Shown: positions 12,125 to 22,800 of the stretch, in pieces
Layout: each line of letters starts with the position of its first letter
Position numbering within the stretch: position 1 is the stretch's first letter
NCBI RefSeq assembly: GCF_006345805.1
Contig: NC_043004.1
Span: forward strand, 86,614,001 to 86,678,000
Length of the DNA: 64,000 nucleotides
Source: Octopus sinensis
Taxonomy: Eukaryota
Direction of reading: 5' to 3'
Made by a program: the position numbers and the translations under genes
The notes under the pieces: generated by a model
What the model saw: only the letters and a program-made list of their open reading frames with translations
What the model was told of the DNA's origin: nothing
The model's database searches: none

Positions 12125-15100
12125 AACTGCTTAACCACACAAATATATAAACCATTTTGGTACATTTCTGCTGAAATACTCTGCCTTTGTTTCAATTAAT
12201 TTTTTAAAGTAATTAAGAATTTAGTAAAATAATTTTGTCATTATTGAGCTGGTTTTTGAATATAAATTGATATGAAATTTTGATGAAAGGTTCTAATTTA
12301 AAATTTTTAGAAACATGAAGTTTGTATCATAGAACCATGGGTGATCTGGGTGGGTTTGTATCAAGAGTTAATAGACATACAACAGTTTTTTTTTTGTTTT
12401 TTTTTTTCTTGAACAGATTGGCTCTTTTTACTTCCCAGCATAAATTTAGCGGGCCAGGAAGATGAACATTTAAAGAAAATCCATCTTTCACTTTCATTTT
12501 CCTCCTTTATTTTCAGATGTTGCAGCTGTTACCAAATTCTTGCAAGTCTAAGAAACGTTATACAACCATTGAAGATGAAGATCTACTATCAGAGAGTCTT
12601 CTTGGTTCTCAGCTATTTGAAATTACCTCCTCAGAACCAATGGATGAAAAACAGCAAAATACTTTCATTAAACTTTTGCAGCAGCTTTTAACAGTACGAT
12701 TATTTTAATACATATTTGTTAATTATATTTATATATCATCATTATTTAACATCTGCTTTCCATGCTTGCATGGGTTAAAGGGTTTGACTAAAACTGGTAA
12801 GCTGGAGTGCTTCACCAGGTTCCAGTCCGATTTTGACTTAGTCGTTATGGCTGGATGCCCTTTCTAATGCCAACTACTCCAAGAGTATATTGAATGCGTT
12901 TTATATGACACTGCCATTGGTCACAACTAAGAATTCACTTGGCTTGAAGAGTCTTCTCAAGCACAGCATATCGCCAAAGGGCTTGTCTCTTAGACACACA
13001 CATTTTTATCTTGAACAGCTCTGGCATCTTGTCACCATCATCTCCATTTTCTTTCCAGCTACTCCCATCCACCCTTATATAATGTTGGGTAGCTATGTAT
13101 CTCCTCTATAGCTAGGCACCTGTGTTTGTCCCTCTATCATACTTAAACCTCTCAACACCTGGTATAAAACCACCTCTTCCTCTTAAAATACTTCCCCACT
13201 CCTTAGCTGACATTTACGAAGGCCCAACTTCTCTTGCAAGTTATTTGGTGGCCTGGCTAATACTAGCTGCATGAAAACAAAAGCATTGAATACTCAGTGG
13301 AAAGTGGTTGGTATTAGGTAGGGTATTTAGCCATTGAAGCCATCTCAAAGTTGACAGCTCTTATTTCTTTAATGCCCACAAGGGGCTACACACAGTGGGG
13401 ACAGACAAATGAATTAAGTCGATTATATTGACCCCAATGCGTAACTGGTACTTATTTAATTGACCCCGAAAGGATGAAAGGCAAAGTCAGCCTCGGTGGA
13501 ATTTGAACTCAGAACGTAGCGGCAAACGAAATACCGCTAAGCATTTTACCCAGTGTGCTAACGTTTCTGCCAGCTCGCCGCCTTGTTTGACAGTTCTGTT
13601 GCTCGTCAGATCCTGTCAAAGCATGGAAACCAGACATTAAATAGTGATGATGATACATATTTACATTTGTTTTTTCTATGCTTGCAAGGGTTGGATGAGT
13701 CATCTCCAACACAGCACTTGTTGCTTGTTGCAGACACTTGTCATCTTTTCATGAGATCCAGCATCTCAAGATCAACTTTCACCATGTTTTCCCTTCTCTT
13801 CCTTAGTCTTCCTTTTCCACAGATCTCTTTACAATTCTCTTCTCAACTGCCATCCTCCATACACATCCCTTGTCCTTACCAGCTCAGTCTTCTCTCTTGC
13901 ACACAACATCTGATTCCTTTTAATTGTCCTTTCAGCTCATGCACACTAATACTGCAACTGCTACAGACACAGTCCTTCTCTGTCAACCTGTCTCTAATCT
14001 AACTGCACCTCTTGTGCACTCATATTTCTTTTCTGCATATCCAATGTTGTCTGTCACCCAACAGGATTGATCCCAGGACCACAAGTTTTGTCAAGCAGAC
14101 TTCTTAACCACACAGCCACCATGCCTGATGGGTATAATAACCCCCAGAAGTTTTATATTAGCAGAATTATATATTATATTGTTCTTTGCCACATAAAAAG
14201 CATTGGTGCCGGTGCTATGTAAAAAGCACCCACTACACTCTATGAAGTGGTGTTAGGGGTGGCATTAAGCCTTAGAAATCATGCCAGAACAGACAATGGA
14301 GACTGGTGCAGCCCCCTGGCCCTGCCAGTTCCTGTCAAGCCATCTAACCCATGCCAGCATAGAAAATGGACGTTAAATGATGTTGATGATGATGATGAAG
14401 ATTTTTATATTTTGGTTTACTTTCTTTTTCCTCACTTCATCTCCAGCCATTTTCCATAGGTGTTTGCCAAAAATATGGAATAAAACAAATTCTCCTGCAG
14501 ACTACTGAAATTCTCAGAATTTATATCCTACCACATCTTCATTTACTTACTTCAACCGACTGCCACCTCCATAACCCTGTCTCGCTGTTACATTTGGCAT
14601 CAGTTGTGTTCAGCTGTGAAGAATCCCAGATTAAATCGTGTCTTGACAACATACAGCTCCATGTTGTCCTTCTACAGTTCTGTTATGCATTGAATGACTG
14701 CACTGAATTCTGGGAAGATGTCAACCAAGCAAAACAATTGGTCAACATGAAAGCACTGCTGATTAGTTTAATAGATCAAGTGGTTGAGATCTTGATTAAC
14801 AATTATACTCTTGTTCAAGGTGAGTCAGAATTTATATATTCATTCATCTTTGTTTACCTTTTTTTTTTCAGTCATTTCATCTGGGTACAAGGAGTAGCAC
14901 TCTTTAGTACTTCTGACAATAGGAAGGATAGAGGGGGTATCCCAAGATTCATGAGTTATGGATTATCCTCAGACTAGAGGCCTGCTCATAATATGTGCCA
15001 CAGAAGAGCTTACTTTGTTCATGTTGCACAAGGTTAGCTATATATATATATATAAATTAGACAAAAAACACCTTTTATCAATTCAAAATGAACGATTAAA

Positions 15101-15550
15101 TTACACCATCTAGAAAATTACATATAATAGAAATATTAAAATTAAAAGAATTGTTCATTTTGAATTGATAAAAGGTGTTTTTTTCTAATTTTTATATATA
15201 TATATTATATTGTGTGAAATTTGATTTAGTATTTCTAAATTGAATTTTTTTCCCTGTAAGTTTGGATTAATATTCCCTCAAATAATTATATATATTTATA
15301 TATATCACAGCTGCATCCTCGTTACACGAGAAAAGCCATTGCCAAGAAGACTTACTGAAATGATTCATGATTCTTGCCATGAGATGCCCTTATATGACTT
15401 TTAAGCCCAGCCAAGCTTTTACACATTTTATCATATGCTAGACAGCTGTGCTGGTTGGCTGGCAGGAGAAACAGGTGTCACCATATACACTCTCTTAACA
15501 TGTCTTTTTAGACCTCCACCTGAAAGGCACACCCTTCCACACACACACAC

Positions 15551-15591
<41 letters not shown>

Positions 15592-16939
15592 ATATGGCTG
15601 TGTGGTAAGAAGTTTGCTTCCCAAGCACATGGTTCCAGGTTCAGTCCCACTGCATGGCATATGGGCAAGTGTCTTCTACTATAACCTCGGGCTGATCAAA
15701 GCATCTTGAGTAGATTTGTTAGACTATAACTGAAAGAAGCCCGTTCTATGTGTGTGTTTGCCTCCCACTCCACTGCTTAACGGTGCTGGTGAGTTTACTT
15801 CCCTGTGACTTGGCAGTTCAGCAGAAGAGACCAACAGAATAAGTGCCAGGCTTTAAGAAAAGAAAAGCACTGTGGTTGATTTGTTCAATTGAAATTGTTT
15901 AAGATGGTGCTCCAGCATGGCCACAGTCTAATGAATGAAACAAGGAAAAAGATATATGATGGGTGAAGAAAAGACCAATTTAATTAACCCTTTTCTTAGC
16001 ATATTATGGTTGAAATTCACTGCATTTGTTGATCAACCTGGGCCTAGCTGTAGTAGAAGACATACCCAAGGTGTCACACAGTTGAATTGAACTCAAGACG
16101 ACATGGTTGGGAAGCAAGCTTTTTAACCATACGTAGAGAATTATGTCAATTTTTTATGACCAATTACTAAATGTTTGATTCATCATCATCATCATCATCA
16201 TCGTTTAACGTCCGTTTTCTGTGCTAGCACGGGTTGGACGGTTTGACCGGGGTCTGGGAAGCCAGGAGGCTGCACCAGGCTCCAGTCTGATCTGGCAGTG
16301 TTTCTACAGCTGGATGTCCTTCCTAATGCCAACCACTCTGTGAGTGTAGTGGGTGCTTTTTACGTGCCAGGGGAGGCTGGTAGCGGCCACAATCGGTTGG
16401 TGCTTTTTACGTGCCACCGGCACAGAAGCTACTCAAGGTGGAGCTGGCATCGGCCACTACAATTTCCATTTGATATTTATTTTGATGTTGATGTACTTGA
16501 CTCAATAGGTCTCCTCAAGCACAGAAGGTCATGTGCCACCAACACAGCAGCCAGTAAGGCAGCGCTGGCATCGGCGACGTTCAGATGGTGATTCTACTAA
16601 AGTATAAAGATTACACATCAGAAAATCAGACAAGAAAAGATAATCTTAAATATGTTTTCATAGGCTATGATTGTATTTTATTTCATAAAATGTGGAGATG
16701 TTGATTTGTTTTCTCTTGTTTCTTTCCTGATCATTTTTACAGGAAATATTGTGTTGTGGTTGAAAGAAGAAATAAAATCTTTGGACTGGACAGTTAAATT
16801 CAGACTTAGGAAGCTGTTGTGTAAAAATGAGAATGATGTAAGTATAAGCTAATCAGGTAATCAGAGATAAAAAGAAAATGGTAGGAATGCCTTTAATCAT
16901 AGGTTTGTTTACTCAAGGCTGAATTGAGGTTAAAATAAT

Positions 16940-16974
<35 letters not shown>

Positions 16975-19733
16975 TGTACTTACATAATTAATATTATGTT
17001 TTATTAAATTCGGAAAATATAATCTGAGCGTGAGTAATTCCAAGTGTGATCATTGTCAGAACAGCTAACTGGCTTCTGTGCCGGTGGCACGTAAAAAGCA
17101 CCATTCGAGCCTGATCGTTACCAGCGTTGCCTTACTGGCACTTGTGTCGGTGGCATGTAAAAGCACCCACTCCACTCTTGGAGTGGTTGGCGTTAGGAAG
17201 GGCATCCAGCTGTAGAAACTCTGCCAGATCAGATTGGAGCCTGGTGCAGTCATCTGGTTCACCAGTCCTCAGTCAAATCGTCCAACCCATGCTAGTATGG
17301 AAAGCGGATGTTAAACAATGATGATGATAATTGGTTTGAAATATTTAAAGTTTTAAAAATTTTATATCTGCAAGATCGGTTTAATCCTGAATGTCATTAA
17401 GTAGTTGGAGGATGAGAATAGAATTTCATAAGATTCTGAGGTGCACAGCTGACAGCTTTTGTGGCACGTAAAAAGCACCATCCGATCGTGGCCGTTTGCC
17501 AACCTCGTCTGGCACCTGTGCCGGTGTCACGTAAAAAGCACCCACTACACTCATGGAGTGGTTGGCGTTAGGAAGGGCATCCAGCCGTAGAAACATTGCC
17601 AGATAAGACTGGGCCTGGTGCAGCCTTCTGGCTTCCCAGACCCCAGTTAAACTGTCCAACCCATGCTAGCATGGAAAGCGGATGCTAAACGATGATGATG
17701 AATGAGTGCTTTTTGCAAAGAACAGAATGTTCTATTTCATACTAAAGGACATGTTGGTTGATTTAAAATACCATTTTGCAATTTGAAGATGAAAATTACT
17801 ACAGATGTGTATAACAAGATAATCATTCCATTCTGCAGGTGAACCAGTCAATTTGCTGTCAATTCCTCAAGACACAGAATTTACTACATGACTGTGGTAT
17901 GTACTTAATTTATCCTTTTTTTCTTCCTCGTTTGGTTAAAATCCAAACTAGCAACAAAATTCGTATTATATGACATTAATTTTTGATATTTTGTCATTGA
18001 AATAATATTTGTGTTGCACACTGCTATAAACTATAATTAAATGTCAAGACATCATGGCCACAGAAATTCCTTCATTTTACACAATAAAGTTTTCTTTGTA
18101 GATCTTTCTCAAACATTGAACCTTCTGAGATTTGTCAGTATTGATGAGGAATTTTGTCAAGAGATGAGTGAACATTTCCCTAGCAATTTACATCTAAGCA
18201 GAGATCATGTTTGTCTAGCTTTGGCTCAGGTGAGTTTGATAAGTATTATGTCATTGTCTTCAGTTTTTTTAATGTCCACTTTACTCCTGCTTCATCATCA
18301 TCATCGTTTAATGTCCACTTTCCATGCTGGCGTGGGTTGGATGGTTTGACTGAGAGCTGTCAAACCAGAAGGCTGCACCATGCCCCAATCTGATCTGGCA
18401 AAGTTTCTACAGCTGGATGCCCTTCCTAACGCCAACCATTCCATGAGTGTAGTGGGTGTTTTTTACATGCCACCGGTACATGGGCCAGTCAGGCAGTACT
18501 GCCATTGACCATGCTTGAATGGTGCTTTTTACATGCCACCAACACATGGGAGCCAGTCAGGCGGCACTGGCAACAACCACACTTCAATGGTGCTTTGTAT
18601 ATGCCACCAGTACAGGACCAATCAGCCAGCACTGGCATCGACCAAGATTTTCTGCGGTTGGATGCCCTTTCTGTTGCCAAGCTTCACCTGTTTCCAAACA
18701 AGGTAATATTTCGCCATGGGGCAGATGTGTTTTTACAGAATATTAGAAATGAGGGACACCACTTGTATGATGGGTGATGCACAGGGACACGGACACACGT
18801 ACTTATGGTGGGTTACTTTCAGTTTCTGCTTATCAGATCTACTCACAAGGCTTTAGTTGGCTCAGGGCTATACTAGAAGATACTTACTCGCCCAAGGTGC
18901 TACACAGTGGGACTGAACCCCAAACCATATGATTGGAAAGCAAACTTCTTTTTAACCATGCAGCCAGTATCTCTCTCTCTCTGTCTATCATGCTAGCATG
19001 GAAAGCGGACGCTAAATGATGATGATGATGTGTTATGAGAATTTATGGAAAGGTATCGTATAGAACTCAACAAATTTGTTAAAAATGGAGATGTTAAAAT
19101 TTAAAATAATTTTAATACATGCATACGATCATTTCAAATAGCGATATTAACATGTAAATTCATGGTAGTATAATTAAATTAATTTGATTAAATTAATTAC
19201 ATATCATTGTTCTTCTCAGCGCAAGAAGTTTAATCAAAAATTATTATTACAGAGGACTTGATGAAGGAAATAGCAGAGAACAAATTTGGATATACATATT
19301 TATCCTTATGAAAATTGAGAGCATCTTAATAAAGAATGTGAGTTTAGTTGTGTATAAGCTAAAACTGAGGCAACAAACGGTTATTTGAAAATATGAGTGA
19401 AAAAGGTTTTAAGAGACATTCCCTCTGTAGAAGAGTAAGTAGATAAATAAGTCATTTATTGGATGACTAAATGTAGTGGTTTTATAGAGATGTCCAATGG
19501 AAAAAGCATAGTTATGTTTGAATTAGGATATGATTTGACAGTTACAAGCAATATTCGATATGGTGTGTACTTGAAAAAAAATTTATGCATGAGAATGAAA
19601 TTAAGCTAGTGAATGTAGTATATAGGAGGCTGCTAGAATGCAATGAGAACAAGAGTTTGGGGCTGTAAGCTACCAGCAAAATATTTGGAACCCTCCAAAG
19701 TAAAAGGATGAATTATAATTCAACCTTTTGACA

Positions 19734-19807
<74 letters not shown>

Positions 19808-22800
19808 CACACACACACATATATATCATCATAATTTAGCATCCATTTTCGAAGCTGGCATAGGTTGGATAGCTTAATAGGAACTGACAAGGCCAGGGTA
19901 CACACCCAGTTCCATTGTCTGTTTTTGCTTAGTTTCTACCTCTGGCTGCCCCTCCTAATGCCAACCACTCCACAGAGTGTACTGGGTGCTTTTTATGTGG
20001 CACCAACACCAGTGCTTTTTCATGTAGCACCTTGGTTTTAGGAAATCAATTCTGTTGTGGTGCCATATGTATGTATGTATGTATGTGTATATATATATAA
20101 GTGTGTGTGTGTGTGTGTGTGGCACTTTTTTAACTACAGCCTCAGGCTGAGTGAATTTGATAAGCAGAAACTAAACATCCATCCTTTGTATGTGTATGTG
20201 TAAAAATGCTCATGTCTCTTAGCCAGGGAAAATATATACTTCTATTTCCTGGCGTTAGGAAGGGCATCCAGCTGTAGAAACTCTGCCAGATCAAGATTGG
20301 AACCTGGTGCAGCCATCTGGTTGTTCGCCAGACCTCAGTCAAAATCGTCCAACCCATGCTAGCATGGGAAGCGGACGTTAAATGATGATGATGATGATGA
20401 TTTTTTTTATTCTTTCACTAATCACTTAGTATTGGGCTGGGTGACCATACTGGAGCATCACATAGCAGTTTCTATTGTCAATTTTCTTTTTCAGCTAATT
20501 CCTAATTTGTTAAGTTCAGAATGTATTCTGGTTTGTCAGTTTTTGAAGCATCTTTTACACCAGAAACAACTTGTTGTGCCTTGTCAAGCAAATTTTCTCC
20601 CAGTTGTACCTTTCTTTGATATTACAGGTAAGTTTTCTTTTTTCTTTTCAATATTTCACTATTTATACTTTCTGCTTGCATGTGTGAATGCAGAATGCAT
20701 GTGAGAATGCTGGTTGCATCTGGGAAGGCAGGATGCATCTAGGAATGCAGGATGCATGCTTGTATGTATTTAACGTTGATGTTCAATCTCAGGGCAGTTC
20801 CCTATTCAAAACCAAATCTCTGCTCAAAAGACAGTTCAGTGTGAGCATCTCTCCAGGTTTATTTTATCAGAGACTACATTCTGTATCATGTCCTTCCATT
20901 TTTAAGACTGTAGCATATGACTCAAGGGATGTTTGGTTGCTATTTCTTGTGAGTCAAGCAACCATATAGAAGTCTCTTTGTTGGTGTGCATGTCTGACTC
21001 TGTGTGTATGTGAAGAAGGAAAACTAGGTTTGTTTGGAATGGAATTTCAAAAATACACACTGATATGGTACAATTGTTAGAGGTCGGTACTGTGTGGTAT
21101 TTGGTTACGTCTCTTTACAGTCTAAGTTCAAACCTCACATGATTGTACTTTACCTTCAGAAAAAATCTATGTCCCATGGATTTACCAGGCATGAGTCTGC
21201 TGTAAACACACACACACATAAGTTGATACATGTGTGTGTGTCATCCTCCTCATTATTTAATGTCCATTTTTCATGCTGTCATATGGACTGGACAGTTTGA
21301 CAGGAGCTGGCAAGCCAAAAGCCTGTATCTAGCTTGACTGTTTGGTGTGGTTTTTACAACTAGATGTCCTTCCTGTTGCCAACTCTCACCTGTTTCCTAA
21401 ACAAGATAATATTTCTCTATTGCCAGACATGTCTTTCACGACAGACTGGAAAAAAAACATCATCTCTTTTATAACAGTGATGCTCATTTGTAGTCATCGC
21501 TTGATGACCAGACAAGGAAACCAGACACACACACACACACACACTGTATATACAGTAGGCTTTTTTAGTTTCTGACTACCAGATTCACTCACAAGACTTT
21601 GGTCAGCCTGGAGCTATAGTAGAAGACACTCACCCAAGTGGGACTGAACCCAAGACCACGTGATTGGGAAACAAGCTTCTTAACCACACAGTCATGCCTG
21701 CTTTTCTGTATATTTCATCATCATCATCGTTTAACGTTCGTTTTCCATGCTGGTATGGATTGGATGATTTGACTGGCAAGGCAGGAGGCTGCACTAGGCC
21801 CCAATCTGATCCTTGGCTTGATTTCTACCACTGGATGCTCTTCTTATCACCAACCACCTTACACAGTGTATTGAGTGCATTGTATCATGGCACAATCATT
21901 AGAGAGGTAGCTATATCCTCAACAGGACTAAAAAGTCCTCTCCAACCTAGGATATGACTTCATTTTATGGTACCAGAAATTCCTACTGCACTACCAAGTA
22001 CATGAGGTTTGTTAGTGTATTTTGTGTGAAACAAGTTATCGACAAGAGTTCAGCCAAATCAATAGGAAGGTCAGTCTTTTAGTCTGTGAGAAGACCCGGC
22101 AAGCCAAGTGAGACCATAACCCGTGGCCTATATCAGGGGTGTAACCAGCCCACTTATGCATACCTTTCCTTCATTCGACTCTAAACTCTGTTTGCAAAGA
22201 CCTTTGAGGCAAGTGAAATCGAAATCAAGTCAAATTTGTGAATTCAATGACTGGCACCCGTGCCAGTGGAGCGCTAAGAACACTATCTGAGTGTTATCGT
22301 TGCCAGAGCAGCTGACTGGCTTCCATGCCAGTGGCACGTAAAAAGCACCATTCAAATGTGATCGTTACCAGTGTCACCTTACTGGCACTTGTGCTGGTGG
22401 CACACGAAAAACATTTGAGCGAGGTCATTGGCAATGCTGTTGGACTGGCTCCTATGCAGGTGGCATGTAAAAAACACCACTTGAGCGTGGCCGTTGCCAG
22501 TCCCGCCTGACTGGCCCTCGTGCCGGTGGCACATAAAAGCACCCACTACATTCTCGGAGTGGTTGGCGTTAAGAAGGGCATCTAGCTGTAGAAACTCTGC
22601 CAGATCAGATTGGAGCCTGGTGCAGCCATCTGGTTTGCCAGTCCTCAGTCAAATCATCCAACCCATGCTAGTATGGAAAGCGAACATTAAATGATGATGA
22701 TGATTCAATTGTATAAATCATTTGAATATTAAACATGAGATCTTTTTGTAGTATATTTTTCTTGTTTCCACTATTTTAGGTTTACAAGAATATTCTGGAT

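Noticed and set aside
19070-19700. Purine-rich, possibly decayed coding stretch
   Set aside because: All frames are interrupted and I could not name any TE motif
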